NCBI GenBank assembly: GCA_041175045.1
Contig: JBEDFR010000123.1
Coordinates: forward strand, 1-60,119
DNA from: Pseudomonadota bacterium
Lineage (GTDB): Bacteria > Pseudomonadota > Gammaproteobacteria > Pseudomonadales > Pseudohongiellaceae
Direction of reading: 5' to 3'
Length of the DNA: 60,119 bases
Below the pieces are notes generated by a model that searched no databases, had not been told where the DNA came from, and saw only the letters and a list, made by a program, of their open reading frames with translations. A program made the translations under genes and the position numbers. Position 1 is the stretch's first letter. Every line of letters starts with the position of its first letter. Shown piece after piece: positions 8,302 to 18,692 of this stretch.

Positions 8302-8492
8302 GGGCGGGCCTGCGACTGAGAGTGGCGGATTGCCGAAGGCGATTACAACATTCTCTGCCCCACGGGGCCAGCTTACGGGTTCAGACCTCTGCCGATTTCC
8401 TGAAATTCAGACCTGCGTGCAATAATTCGCCAGCATTGGCTGTCCAAGCCTTCAACAGACATACGTCATTCGACTCCTTGCAGGACTTATCT

Positions 8493-9650
8493 ATGCCGAA
8501 AGCCCCCATCAACTGGACCAACACGCTGCTCTTCACCCTAACGCCCCTGGCGGCGCTCACACTGGTCCCCTGGTATGGGTTCGCCCATGGCTATGACTCC
8601 TACGAAGTAGTGGTCTTCGTCCTGCTGATGGGTTTTTGCGGCATGTCCATCACGGCCGGATACCACAGGCTCTGGTCTCACAAGTCCTACAAGGCCCACC
8701 CGTTCGTGCGCTTCGTGTTCGCGCTGGGTGGTGCCTGCGCCCTGCAGAACGATGTGCTGCACTGGGCCTCCGATCACCGCCGTCACCATGCCCATGTCGA
8801 CAACAACGACAAGGACCCTTACTCCGCCGGTCTGGGCTTCTGGTATTCGCACATGGGCTGGATTCTGCGCAACTACGAGAGCGGCAAGGAAGATTTCTCC
8901 AACGCAAAGGACCTGCAGAAGGACCCGATCGTGATGTGGCAGCACCGCCATTACCTCAGCCTGGTGCTGCTGATGAACATCGCTCTGCCCGCCTTTCTGG
9001 GCTGGCTCAATGGCGACATCCTGGGCTGCCTGCTACTGGGCGGCTTGCTGCGCCTGGTGCTGAGCCAGCACGTCACCTGGCTGATCAATTCCGTGGCCCA
9101 CATCTGGGGTCGGCAGACCTACAGCGATGCCAGCTCGGCACGGGACAACCCGCTGCTGGCGCTGTTCACCTACGGCGAGGGCTATCACAACTTCCACCAC
9201 ACCTTTCAGTGGGACTACCGTAACGGCGTAAGCTGGTGGCACTTCGACCCGACGAAATGGTTCATCAGCCTGTGCGAGCGTGTCGGCCTGACCAGCGACT
9301 TGAAGCGCTGTTCGCCCATCGTGATCGAGAGCGCCCGCCTGGACATGCAGTACCAGCGCGCCGCACAGTCCTTCAACGCGCTGGAGGGCATGATTCACAA
9401 TGCAGAAGCCTGGCGAGCACGCCTGGAGACCGAATACGAGCAGTGCAAGGCGGCGCTGCAGGAGTGGGCGCGCCATCAGCAGTCCTGGTATGAAGCCAAG
9501 TCGACACAGCTGCATGAGAAGTGGTCTCATTTCGAGCAGCTGAAGCTGCGTGACAGCTATCGTGAAGCCCGCTATCGCCTGAAACTGCAGAAACAGCGCT
9601 GGGAAGCCCTCATGCAGAGTGTGCCCGCTCTGGCTGGTGTCCCGGTCTGA
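8493..9650 (+). CDS. acyl-CoA (delta-9) fatty acid desaturase
   Basis: ATG at 8493 within ORF 8256..9650. Histidine boxes HRLWSH, HRRHHAH and HNFHHTF plus TM helices; C-terminal coiled-coil tail. Confidence 0.9.
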   Translation: MPKAPINWTNTLLFTLTPLAALTLVPWYGFAHGYDSYEVVVFVLLMGFCGMSITAGYHRLWSHKSYKAHPFVRFVFALGGACALQNDVLHWASDHRRHHAHVDNNDKDPYSAGLGFWYSHMGWILRNYESGKEDFSNAKDLQKDPIVMWQHRHYLSLVLLMNIALPAFLGWLNGDILGCLLLGGLLRLVLSQHVTWLINSVAHIWGRQTYSDASSARDNPLLALFTYGEGYHNFHHTFQWDYRNGVSWWHFDPTKWFISLCERVGLTSDLKRCSPIVIESARLDMQYQRAAQSFNALEGMIHNAEAWRARLETEYEQCKAALQEWARHQQSWYEAKSTQLHEKWSHFEQLKLRDSYREARYRLKLQKQRWEALMQSVPALAGVPV

Positions 9651-9690
9651 TGAGCGTCCACACACACCGCGACACTGAGAGGGACTCCGC

Positions 9691-10209
9691 ATGATCCTGC
9701 GTCGCATGGCACAGACACTGGTTCTCGCCGCCGGCCTGCTCAGCGTCGGTGGCGCCGCGCTGGCCGTGGAAGAAGGGCAGCAGGCGCCGGACTTCACGCT
9801 GCCCGATATCGCCGAGGGCAAGCCGCCCATTACCCTCTCGGCCTTGCGCGGCAAGACGGTCTACGTGGATTTCTGGGCCTCCTGGTGCGCCCCCTGTCTG
9901 CGCTCCATGCCGCTGATCAATGAGCTCTACGCCAGGTATCGCGAGCAGGGCTTCGAAGTCATCGCCATCAACGTGGACGACCCGATCGAGGATGGGCGCG
10001 AGTTCCTGCTGGACACGCCGCTGGACTACCTGATCGCGGCCGACACCAAGGGCGAGATGCTGGGCGCCTATGCCGTGCGCGGCATGCCCACCTCGTTCCT
10101 GATCGACCGCGACGGCGTTGTGCGCATGGTTCACATGGGCTTTCGCGACAATGACATCGTGCTGATCGAGGACGCCGTGCGCAGCCTGCTGGACGCGCCG
10201 ACGCCCTGA
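9691..10209 (+). CDS. TlpA/ResA-like periplasmic thiol:disulfide oxidoreductase (redoxin)
   Basis: Signal peptide, then the thioredoxin-fold motif YVDFWASWCAPCLRSMP. Confidence 0.85.
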   Translation: MILRRMAQTLVLAAGLLSVGGAALAVEEGQQAPDFTLPDIAEGKPPITLSALRGKTVYVDFWASWCAPCLRSMPLINELYARYREQGFEVIAINVDDPIEDGREFLLDTPLDYLIAADTKGEMLGAYAVRGMPTSFLIDRDGVVRMVHMGFRDNDIVLIEDAVRSLLDAPTP

Positions 10210-10212
10210 GTC

Positions 10213-11238
10213 TCAGAACAGCTGCAGGGGCGGCTCGTCCAGCGCCGCCATCTGCTCGCGCAGCTCCAGGATGTGCTCCGCCCAGTAACGCTCGGTGTTG
10301 AACCAGGGGAAGCTGCGGGGAAATGCCGGATCCTCCCAGCGCCGCGCCAGCCAGGCGCTGTAATGCATGATGCGTAGCGTCCTCAGCGACTCTATCAGCG
10401 CCAGTTCCCGCGCATCGAAATCATGAAACTCGTTGTAACCCTCGACTATCTCCAGCAATTGTCCCTGGCGTTGATCCCGCTCTCCCGACATCAACATCCA
10501 CAGATCCTGAATGGCCGGGCCGGTCATGGTGTCGTCGAAATCGACGAAATGCGGCGCGTCATCGCGCCACAGCACGTTGCCGGGGTGACAGTCCCCGTGG
10601 ATGCGCAGACGGGCAACGCCACGCGTGCTGGCAAACACCGTTTCCACGCGGGCGATCAGGTCGCGGCTCAACGTGTCGTAGGCGCGCACGAGGGACTCGG
10701 GAATGAAGCCCTGCTGGAGCAGATAGTCACGGCTGTCGATGGCAAAACGCTGGACGGTCAACGCCGGCCGATGCGCGAAGTTGCGCGTGGCACCCGCGGC
10801 ATGCACGCGACCCAGAAAGCGGCCCAGCACCACTAGATTGTCCGGGTTGTCGAGATCGGGCGCGCGGCCCGCGCGGCGCTCGAACACCGCGAAGGAGAAG
10901 CCCTGGTACTCATGCAGAGACTGCCCTGCGGCAAACAGCATGGGCGGCACCACGGGAATCTCGAGACCGGCCAATTCCAGAGCGAAGGCATGTTCCTCAA
11001 GGATCTGCTCCCGCGTCCAGCGCTGCGGGCGATAGAACTTGACGATGAGGGGCGGCCCGTCTTCCACGCCTACCTGGTAGACGCGGTTCTCGTAGCTGTT
11101 GAGCGCCAGGATGCGGGCATCGGTGACGATGCCAAGACTTTCCATGGCTTCCAGCACGGTTTCCGGGCTCAAGGACTGATAGGGATGGACATCGGCAGAA
11201 GGCAGTTCGGCGGGTGAGGAGTCTTCGCGGGAGGGCAT
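10213..11238 (-). CDS. srkA: stress-response serine/threonine kinase SrkA (YihE family)
   Basis: ATG at 11238 within ORF 10213..11346. SYENRVYQVG...IVKFYRPQRW...HGDCHPGNVLWRDDAPHFVDFDD is typical of YihE/RdoA kinases. Confidence 0.85.
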   Translation of the reverse strand: MPSREDSSPAELPSADVHPYQSLSPETVLEAMESLGIVTDARILALNSYENRVYQVGVEDGPPLIVKFYRPQRWTREQILEEHAFALELAGLEIPVVPPMLFAAGQSLHEYQGFSFAVFERRAGRAPDLDNPDNLVVLGRFLGRVHAAGATRNFAHRPALTVQRFAIDSRDYLLQQGFIPESLVRAYDTLSRDLIARVETVFASTRGVARLRIHGDCHPGNVLWRDDAPHFVDFDDTMTGPAIQDLWMLMSGERDQRQGQLLEIVEGYNEFHDFDARELALIESLRTLRIMHYSAWLARRWEDPAFPRSFPWFNTERYWAEHILELREQMAALDEPPLQLF

Positions 11239-11359
11239 CTTGGCGGGCAGGTCCTGATCGAGTTTGGCCCGAGTATACTGTAAAATCCGCGCGCCCGGCG
11301 GCGGCCACCCGGCCTCACGCCTTCCCTTGAACAGCATTGAATCCACTGAGGAGCCCGTC

Positions 11360-12652
11360 TTGAACCAGCAGCAACTGCAAGCCAGAGCGCAGGAACTACG
11401 TCAGCAATATGAGTCCGTGTGTGCGCAAAAACTGAATCTGGATCTGACGCGGGGCAAGCCCTGCTCCGAACAGTTGGCTCTGAGCGACGCGCTGGATGGC
11501 ATCCTGGGCAATGACTATCGCTGCGAGGATGGCACCGACAGCCGCAACTACGGCGGCATCATGGGCATCCCGGAGGCGCGCCGCTTCGCAGCGGCATATC
11601 TTGGCACCACGCCGGAGCGCACCATGGTCGGCGGCAACAGCAGCCTGCAGTTCATGTACCAGATCGTCACCAGCGCGCTCTATCACGGTGTGCGCGGCGC
11701 CGCGTCAGCCTGGAGTCGTGAGGCCGCGGCTGCCGGTGGCAAGGTCCGCTTCCTCTGCCCGTCCCCCGGCTACGACCGTCACTTCGCCATCTGCGAGGCG
11801 CTCGACATCGAGATGATCCCCGTGACCATGAACGGCGAAGGTCCGGACATGGACCAGGTCGAGGCACTGGTGAAGGCGGATCCACTGATCAAGGGCATCT
11901 GGTGTGTGCCCAAGTACGCGAACCCGGACGGTGTGGTGTACTCCGATGCCGTGGTGGCGCGCATGGCGGCGCTGGGCAAAGTGGCTGGTGCCAATTTTCG
12001 CATCCTGTGGGATAACGCCTATGCCGAGCATCCTCTGGTGGACAACCCGCCGGAGCTCGCCAACATCCTCTCGCTAAGCGAAGCGGCAGGCACTCTGGAC
12101 AACGTCTATGTGATCGGCTCCACCTCCAAGATCACCCACGCCGGCGCCGGCATCTCCTTCATTGCCAGCTCCGAGGCCAATCTGAAGAGCCTGGCGGATC
12201 AGCTGATCATCTCCACCATCGGGCCGGACAAGGTCAATCAGCTGCGCCACATGCGTTTCCTGAAGGACATGCCCACGCTGCGCGGCCTGATGCAGCAGCA
12301 TCGCGCCATCCTGCAGCCCAAGTTCAAAGCGCTGTTGCGGGAACTGGAGGCCGGCCTGCGCGGCAAGCAGGTCAATGGTGTGGCGCTGGGGGAATGGACG
12401 GTGCCGCAGGGCGGTTACTTTGTGCTGTTCAACACACAGCCCGGTCTCGCCGACACGGTAGTCACGCTGACAGCGGCCGCTGGCGTGAAGCTGACACCGG
12501 CGGGCTCTACCTGGCCCTACCGCAAGGACCCGGCGAACAACAACATTCGGCTGGCGCCCTCATTCCCGAGTCTGCCGGAGATCAGTGCCGCGATGAAGGT
12601 GTTTGTGCTGTGCGTGGAACTGGCCAGCATCGAACGCGCGCTGGCTCAGTGA
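11360..12652 (+). CDS. class I/II-fold PLP-dependent aminotransferase
   Basis: TTG at 11360 preceded by GAGGAG. LDLTRGKPCSEQL...NYGGIMGIPEAR...GSTSKITHAGAGISF (PLP-lysine region). Confidence 0.75.
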   Translation: MNQQQLQARAQELRQQYESVCAQKLNLDLTRGKPCSEQLALSDALDGILGNDYRCEDGTDSRNYGGIMGIPEARRFAAAYLGTTPERTMVGGNSSLQFMYQIVTSALYHGVRGAASAWSREAAAAGGKVRFLCPSPGYDRHFAICEALDIEMIPVTMNGEGPDMDQVEALVKADPLIKGIWCVPKYANPDGVVYSDAVVARMAALGKVAGANFRILWDNAYAEHPLVDNPPELANILSLSEAAGTLDNVYVIGSTSKITHAGAGISFIASSEANLKSLADQLIISTIGPDKVNQLRHMRFLKDMPTLRGLMQQHRAILQPKFKALLRELEAGLRGKQVNGVALGEWTVPQGGYFVLFNTQPGLADTVVTLTAAAGVKLTPAGSTWPYRKDPANNNIRLAPSFPSLPEISAAMKVFVLCVELASIERALAQ

Positions 12653-12659
12653 AGAGAAG

Positions 12660-12688
12660 CGGCGGCAGCCTGTTCGAGGCTGCCGCCG
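12660..12688. terminator. GC-rich hairpin between convergent genes
   Basis: cggcggcagcc - tgttcga - ggctgccgccg: 11-bp perfect stem with a 7-nt loop, between the aminotransferase stop (12652) and the DUF1820 stop (12695). T-tracts are weak. Confidence 0.5.
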
Positions 12689-12694
12689 GATAGT

Positions 12695-13036
12695 TCATTC
12701 GGATTTCTGGTTGTCGGTGTTGCGCGCTGCCATGAAAGGCACCGGGAACAACGTGATGTTGTCTCCGCTGGAAATCTTGCTGACACCGCCCTTCTCCACT
12801 TCGTCGATCCGCACAATTGCCTGAATCGGGATGAAGCTGCGCTTCACGCCAAGGAATTCGGCCTTGAGTTTTTCCTCGCTCGGGTCCACCACAACCTGAC
12901 TGCGTTCGTCGAAGATGTAGTCTTCCACTTCGATGAAGCCATACAACTCGCTCTGATAGACCTGTTTGGCAAAGACTTCGTAGACCTTGCCCTTGTTGAG
13001 GAAGGTGATTCGGTAGATTTCGGAGGGAATGGCCAT
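12695..13036 (-). CDS. DUF1820 family protein
   Basis: ATG at 13036. MAIPSEIYRITFLNKGKVYEVFAKQVYQSELYGFIEVEDYIFDERSQVVVDPSEEKLKAEFLGVKRSFIPIQAIVRIDEV matches the conserved DUF1820 pattern I recall from pseudomonads. Confidence 0.7.
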   Translation of the reverse strand: MAIPSEIYRITFLNKGKVYEVFAKQVYQSELYGFIEVEDYIFDERSQVVVDPSEEKLKAEFLGVKRSFIPIQAIVRIDEVEKGGVSKISSGDNITLFPVPFMAARNTDNQKSE

Positions 13037-13184
13037 GCATGCGCTCTCTTGGACAATGACGCTTCGCAATATCAGGCTGGTGCGGCGCAATTCAAGTCGA
13101 CGCGGCCAGCCATTGCGCAACTGGCCGGCAGTCTACAGGAATTGTCCGCCGCCCACCCGCACTTCTTGCGGGCGCTGCGGCGGT

Positions 13185-13212
13185 TTGTGAGCCGAGTCGA
13201 AGCTGCTACAAT
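13185..13212 (+). promoter_or_regulatory. putative sigma70 promoter for miaB
   Basis: TTGTGA (13185-13190), 16 nt spacer, TACAAT (13207-13212) with TGc just upstream. Lies 54 nt upstream of the miaB ATG. Inspection only. Confidence 0.3.
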
Positions 13213-13265
13213 CCGCGCTCACTTCAGCCCGGGAGCCAGCGCCCCCGGCGGGAACCGCCATCGAC

Positions 13266-14636
13266 ATGAGCAATACTGAACCTTCTGCAGCACCAATACG
13301 CGCTGCAAGCGCCGGCAAGCCACGCAAGGTCTTCATCAAGACTCACGGCTGCCAGATGAACGAATATGACTCCTCGCGCATGCTCGATCTGCTGCGCGAA
13401 TCCCATGGTGCCGAACTGGTGGAGACGCCGGAAGAGGCCGACCTGCTGCTTCTGAACACCTGCTCCATCCGCGAGAAGGCCCAGGAAAAAGTCTTCCACC
13501 AGCTCGGTCGGTGGAAGGCGCTGAAGAAGAGCAACCCAGCCCTGCAGATCGCCGTGGGCGGCTGCGTGGCCAGCCAGGAAGGCGCAGCCATCGGCAAGCG
13601 CGCGCCCTATGTCGACGTGGTCTTCGGCCCGCAAACGCTGCACAAGCTACCCCAGATGTTGAACGACGCCAGCGGTCGGGGCACCGTGGTAGACATCAGT
13701 TTTCCCGAGATCGAGAAATTCGACCGCCTGCCCGAGCCACACGTGGATGGCTGCGAGGCCTATCTGACGGTCATGGAAGGCTGCAGCAAGTACTGCTCCT
13801 TCTGCGTGGTGCCCTACACTCGTGGCGAGGAAGTCAGCCGCCCGCTGGACGATGTATTGGCCGAGGCCGTGCACCTGGCCGGTCAGGGCGTGCGCGAGAT
13901 CAATCTGCTGGGGCAGAACGTCAATGCCTATCGCGGCCTGAACCACGAAGGGGGCATCACCGACTTCGCCACCCTGCTGCAGTACATCGCCGCCATCGAG
14001 GGTATCGGCCGCATACGCTTCACCACCTCGCATCCGATGGAGTTCTCCAGCAACCTCGTCGAGGTGTACCGGCACATACCGGCCCTGGTGGATCACCTGC
14101 ATCTGCCCGTGCAGAGCGGCTCCGACCGCATCCTCGCCGCCATGAAGCGCGGCCACACGGTGCTGGAGTACAAGTCCATCATCCGCCGGCTCAAGGCCAT
14201 CAGACCGAACATCAGCCTGTCCTCTGACTTCATCGTCGGCTTCCCCGGCGAGACCCACAAGGACTTCGAGGACACCATGAACCTGATCATCGAGGTGGGC
14301 TATGACACCTCCTTCAGTTTCATCTACAGCCCGCGCCCCGGCACCCCTGCGGCCGAACTGCCCGACACCACTTCCGAACAGGAAAAGAAGCATCGCCTCG
14401 CGATCCTGCAGGCCCAGATCATCCAGCAGGCAAGTGCCATCAGCGAGCGCATGGTGGGCAGCCGGCAGCGCATTCTTGTGACGGGCGTTTCGCGCAAGGA
14501 CCCGGGCGAAATGCAGGGCCGCACCGAGAACAATCGCGTGGTGAACTTCCGCTGCGACGATGCGCGCCTGATCGGCCAGTTCGTGGAGGTGACGGTCACG
14601 CGCGCCTACGCCAACTCCCTGGCCGGCGCGCTCTGA
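13266..14636 (+). CDS. miaB: tRNA-2-methylthio-N6-dimethylallyladenosine synthase MiaB
   Basis: [16 protein letters not shown]..., radical-SAM [15 protein letters not shown], and a TRAM domain at the C-terminus. Confidence 0.95.
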   Translation: MSNTEPSAAPIRAASAGKPRKVFIKTHGCQMNEYDSSRMLDLLRESHGAELVETPEEADLLLLNTCSIREKAQEKVFHQLGRWKALKKSNPALQIAVGGCVASQEGAAIGKRAPYVDVVFGPQTLHKLPQMLNDASGRGTVVDISFPEIEKFDRLPEPHVDGCEAYLTVMEGCSKYCSFCVVPYTRGEEVSRPLDDVLAEAVHLAGQGVREINLLGQNVNAYRGLNHEGGITDFATLLQYIAAIEGIGRIRFTTSHPMEFSSNLVEVYRHIPALVDHLHLPVQSGSDRILAAMKRGHTVLEYKSIIRRLKAIRPNISLSSDFIVGFPGETHKDFEDTMNLIIEVGYDTSFSFIYSPRPGTPAAELPDTTSEQEKKHRLAILQAQIIQQASAISERMVGSRQRILVTGVSRKDPGEMQGRTENNRVVNFRCDDARLIGQFVEVTVTRAYANSLAGAL

Positions 14637-14737
14637 CGCAACGCGACAGACGTTCCTGTCGCAGGGGCTTACAAGCAGGCTCAGATTGGTATACTACCGG
14701 CTCATCGCATCGCCCCGGAGGCTTGCAAGCTGTCTTG

Positions 14738-15760
14738 ATGGCAACCCAGAAATACACCCAGCGACTCATCCTCGAGCCTGACAATTCCCAGCGCCTGGCC
14801 AATCTGTGCGGGCATCTGAACGAGCACCTGCAGCAGATCGAAAAGTCCCTGGCGCTGAAAATTCAGAACCGCGGCAACGAATTCAAGCTGTCCGGCGCCC
14901 AGGAGGCCGTGGAAAGTGCCAGTGGCGTGTTAGTGTCCCTGTACCGGACTACCGGCACGGCGACCGTTAATCCGGACATGGTGCATCTGGCCTTGCGCAG
15001 CATAGAAAGTTTCGACAAGTCGCGCCCTGACGTCGACAAGCCGTTGATTCTCAAGACCCCGCTGGCGTCCATCAAGCCACGCGGAGCCCATCAGCAAGAC
15101 TACGTAGAATCCATCCAGCGGCACGACATCAACTTCGGCATCGGGCCCGCGGGAACGGGCAAGACCTATCTGGCTGTGGCCTGTGCCGTCGAGGCCCTGA
15201 TGCAGGATCGCGTGCAGCGCCTGCTTTTGGTGCGTCCGGCGGTGGAAGCCGGCGAAAAGCTGGGCTTTCTGCCGGGTGACCTGGCGCAGAAGATCGACCC
15301 TTACCTGCGGCCGCTCTATGACGCGCTCTATGAAATGCTCGGTTTCGAGCGCGTGGGCCGTCTGATCGAGAAGAATGTCATCGAGATAGCGCCGCTGGCC
15401 TATATGCGCGGCCGTACACTCAACAACGCTTTCATCATTCTGGACGAGAGCCAGAACACCACCACGTCACAGATGAAGATGTTCCTGACGCGCCTCGGTT
15501 TCGGCTCGACAGCCGTGATCACGGGCGATGTCACTCAAATCGACCTGCCCAAGGGCACCCGCTCCGGTCTGGTACAGGTGACGCAGGTGCTCAAAGATGT
15601 CGAAGGGATAGGGTTCACCTGGTTTGACTCCCGCGACGTTGTGCGCCACACCCTGGTGCAGCGCATCGTCGAGGCTTACGACCGCTATGATCAAAAGACG
15701 ATCAGCCCGCTGAACAACCACGACAACAGTCTGGAGCACGGAGCCGAGCGTGATGCTTGA
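14738..15760 (+). CDS. ybeZ: PhoH-like ATPase YbeZ
   Basis: First ATG at 14738 in ORF 14723..15760. Walker [13 protein letters not shown], plus ILDESQNTT. Confidence 0.9.
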   Translation: MATQKYTQRLILEPDNSQRLANLCGHLNEHLQQIEKSLALKIQNRGNEFKLSGAQEAVESASGVLVSLYRTTGTATVNPDMVHLALRSIESFDKSRPDVDKPLILKTPLASIKPRGAHQQDYVESIQRHDINFGIGPAGTGKTYLAVACAVEALMQDRVQRLLLVRPAVEAGEKLGFLPGDLAQKIDPYLRPLYDALYEMLGFERVGRLIEKNVIEIAPLAYMRGRTLNNAFIILDESQNTTTSQMKMFLTRLGFGSTAVITGDVTQIDLPKGTRSGLVQVTQVLKDVEGIGFTWFDSRDVVRHTLVQRIVEAYDRYDQKTISPLNNHDNSLEHGAERDA

Positions 15761-16241
15761 CTTCGAGAACGCCTGCCCGCACGTCGCGGTGCCGGCCGAG
15801 GCAGACTTCGCGCGCTGGGCCGCTCTGGCTGCCGCCAAGGCTCACGGTGGTAACACCACCAGACCCGTCACGCTGGGTATTCGCATCGTGGATGAACAGG
15901 AATCGGCGCAGCTCAACCGCGACTATCGCGGCAAGGACTACGCCACCAATGTCCTGTCCTTCAGCCACGAGCTACCCGACTTCATGCTGAACGCGCTGGA
16001 AGAGTATCCCCTGGGCGATCTCGCCATCTGCGCGCCGGTGGTGCTGCGTGAGGCCGCGCAACAGGGCAAGCCGGCCGCGGATCACTGGGCACACATGGTC
16101 ATCCATGGCGTGCTGCATCTGCTGGGACACGATCACGAAGACGACGCCGCTGCCGAGACCATGGAAGCCCTCGAGCGCATCTTGTTGAAGGACCTCGGGA
16201 TCGCCGATCCCTATCAGGAGAAACCGCTGGACCATGAGTGA
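15750..16241 (+). CDS. ybeY: rRNA maturation RNase YbeY
   Basis: [14 protein letters not shown] zinc-binding motif. Start overlaps the ybeZ stop (GTG 15750 / ATG 15753). Confidence 0.9.
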   Translation: MMLDFENACPHVAVPAEADFARWAALAAAKAHGGNTTRPVTLGIRIVDEQESAQLNRDYRGKDYATNVLSFSHELPDFMLNALEEYPLGDLAICAPVVLREAAQQGKPAADHWAHMVIHGVLHLLGHDHEDDAAAETMEALERILLKDLGIADPYQEKPLDHE

Positions 16242-17100
16242 CGAGCATACGGGACAGGAGTCGCGACCGCGCTCCTGGCTGGACAGAATCGCGCAGATCT
16301 TCTCTGACGAACCCACCGACACCGACAGCCTGCTGGAAATCCTGCGCAATGCCGCCCAGGACCATGTGCTGGACGCCGACGCGCTGTCCATCATTGAAGG
16401 CGCTCTGCAGGTCTCCAACATGCAGGTACGCGAGATCATGATCCCGCGGCCGCAGATGGTCACCGTGTCTGCCCGCAACACACTCGAGGAAGTGCTCGAC
16501 ATCGTGGTGACGGTGTCGCACTCGCGCTTCCCTGTGGTGGCCGAGAACTCCGACTCCGTCATTGGCATCCTGCTCGCGAAGGACCTGCTGCCCTTCGCCC
16601 TCAAGCGCGACACCGGGGACTTCGACGTCAAGCGCATCCTGCGCCCCGCCACCTTCGTGCCAGAGAGCAAGCGGCTGAACGTGCTGCTGCGGGAGTTTCG
16701 CGAGACCCGTCATCACATGGCGATAGTGATTGACGAATACGGGTCGGCCTGCGGGGTGGTCACCATCGAGGATGTACTGGAGCAGATCGTTGGCGAGATC
16801 GACGATGAATACGATGTCGACGACGACTCCTTCATCAAGCGGATCGACGCTCAGAATGGCGTGGTCAAGGCGCTGACGCCCATCGCCGAATTCAACGAAG
16901 CCTTCGAGCACGATTTCAGTGACGCCGATGCAGACACGCTGGGCGGTCTGGTGCTGCGCCACTTCGGGCATATTCCCGAACGTGACGAAACCGTGGCGAT
17001 CGGCCCCTTCCGCTTCACCATTCTCAGCAGTGACAGTCGTCAGGTTCGTCTGCTCAAGGTCACACGTCTGCCGGCGGACGATGCGGAGCGCAGCCGATGA
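16234..17100 (+). CDS. corC: HlyC/CorC family magnesium/cobalt efflux protein
   Basis: Tandem CBS domains ([12 protein letters not shown]...) and a CorC_HlyC C-terminal domain. Overlaps the ybeY stop by 8 nt. Confidence 0.9.
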   Translation: MSDEHTGQESRPRSWLDRIAQIFSDEPTDTDSLLEILRNAAQDHVLDADALSIIEGALQVSNMQVREIMIPRPQMVTVSARNTLEEVLDIVVTVSHSRFPVVAENSDSVIGILLAKDLLPFALKRDTGDFDVKRILRPATFVPESKRLNVLLREFRETRHHMAIVIDEYGSACGVVTIEDVLEQIVGEIDDEYDVDDDSFIKRIDAQNGVVKALTPIAEFNEAFEHDFSDADADTLGGLVLRHFGHIPERDETVAIGPFRFTILSSDSRQVRLLKVTRLPADDAERSR

Positions 17101-17600
17101 AGCGTCGCACGCCCCTGCGTCTCGCCCTGATGGCGCTGGTCAGCCTGACCCTCGGCGCCTGCGGTTTCACGCTGCGCGGCAATGCGCCGGCCGCAGGCGA
17201 CGGCGCGGTAGCGCTGGTGTCGACAGAGCCCGCCGGAGCGCTGGCCGGCACCGTGCGCGATGCCCTGCAGTCGGCCGGCCTCAGTGGCAGACCCAGTGGC
17301 AACCCCTGGCAGCTGCAACTCGGCGCGGAAACCCTTGTCAGCAGACCAGGCAGCGTCAATAGTCGCGCGCGAGCCGCGCAGCACGACCTCGAACTGAGCG
17401 TCGAGATCACGTTCACCCGCGGCGATACCACTGTCTTCGGGCCTGCACGCCTGGCCACCCAGCGCAGTTACTACGAGGATCTCTCCACCATCGCCGGCAG
17501 CACTGAGGAAGTGGCGCTGCTGCAGCAGGAAATGCGTCAGGAACTGGCGCAACAGGTGCTGCGCCGTCTGCGCGCTGCCCTGGCGGATCAGGGCGTCTGA
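17097..17600 (+). CDS. lptE: LPS-assembly lipoprotein LptE
   Basis: Lipobox LTLGAC followed by GFTLRG; about 165 aa; lies directly upstream of holA. ATGA overlap with the corC stop. Confidence 0.75.
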   Translation: MKRRTPLRLALMALVSLTLGACGFTLRGNAPAAGDGAVALVSTEPAGALAGTVRDALQSAGLSGRPSGNPWQLQLGAETLVSRPGSVNSRARAAQHDLELSVEITFTRGDTTVFGPARLATQRSYYEDLSTIAGSTEEVALLQQEMRQELAQQVLRRLRAALADQGV

Positions 17601-17621
17601 TGTGCCCGGCGAGCAGGCCCC

Positions 17622-18668
17622 ATGCGCATTAATGTCGATCAACTGGATTCCCATCTGCAGCGAACACTGCAGGGCTTCTACTGGATAGCGGGCGACGAGA
17701 CCCTGCTGGTCCAGGAAGCCCTGTCTGCCCTGAGAGCCAACGGCCGCACGCAGGGCTTCACCGAATGGGAGCTGTTCTTCGTCGACCGCGGCTTCAGCTG
17801 GCAGACCATGCTGCAATCCGGCAACAGCCTGTCGCTGTTTGCGGATCGCAAGATCATCGAACTGCGTCTAAGCAGCAAGCTGGACGATGCTGGTCGCGAC
17901 GCCCTCAGCCAGTACCTCGCCTCCCCCAATCCCGACAACCTGTTGATTCTGGTCACGCCGAAGCTGGAGAGCGCCACACTCTCGACCAAATGGTTCAAGG
18001 CCCTGGAGTCCGCGGGAGTATTCGTGCAGGTCTGGCCGGTGGACGCGCGCGGTCTGCCGCGCTGGATCAGCGCCCGCATGGCACGCCTGGGGCTGAGCGC
18101 CGACAGCGACGCTATCAGCCTGCTGTGCGAGCGGGTGGAAGGCAATCTGCTGGCCGCCGATCAGGAGATCCAGAAACTGGGCGTCCTGATGGGCGCCACG
18201 CCGACTCGAAAGGTGCATGTGGACAGGCGGCAGATCATGACGCTGGTGGCCGACAGCTCCCGTTACAACGTCTTCACCCTGCTGGACGCTGCTCTGCTCG
18301 GAGACTCCCGCCGCTGCCTGAAGGTGCTGGGCGGGCTGCAGGCCGAAGGCAGCGAAGTGCTCGCGCTGCTGGCCATGCTCGCCCGCGAGCTGCGGACGCT
18401 GATCGCCATCCGGCGCCGCATCGCCTCTGGCAGCTCCGGCGCCGCCGCGATGAGTGCGGAAGGGGTGCGCAAGACCCACGAAGCGCCTGTCGCCGCGGCC
18501 CTTGAACGTCTGTCACTGCCCGACCTCGAAGGCTTGCTGCAGCAGGCCAGGCAGGTGGACCTGGCCGTCAAAGGCATGAGCGCGGCAGACGCCTGGACTG
18601 AACTGACCGACATACTACTCGCCCTGAGCGGCACACCTCTTGTGACAGCCGCTCGCGGCCAGCGCTGA
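17622..18668 (+). CDS. holA: DNA polymerase III delta subunit HolA
   Basis: 348 aa. FYWIAGDETLLVQEA..., LSLFADRKIIELR..., NLLAADQEIQKL are typical delta-subunit motifs; canonical position after lptE. Confidence 0.85.
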   Translation: MRINVDQLDSHLQRTLQGFYWIAGDETLLVQEALSALRANGRTQGFTEWELFFVDRGFSWQTMLQSGNSLSLFADRKIIELRLSSKLDDAGRDALSQYLASPNPDNLLILVTPKLESATLSTKWFKALESAGVFVQVWPVDARGLPRWISARMARLGLSADSDAISLLCERVEGNLLAADQEIQKLGVLMGATPTRKVHVDRRQIMTLVADSSRYNVFTLLDAALLGDSRRCLKVLGGLQAEGSEVLALLAMLARELRTLIAIRRRIASGSSGAAAMSAEGVRKTHEAPVAAALERLSLPDLEGLLQQARQVDLAVKGMSAADAWTELTDILLALSGTPLVTAARGQR

Positions 18669-18692
18669 CTCGTCAGCAAGGAGCCCTGCCCG

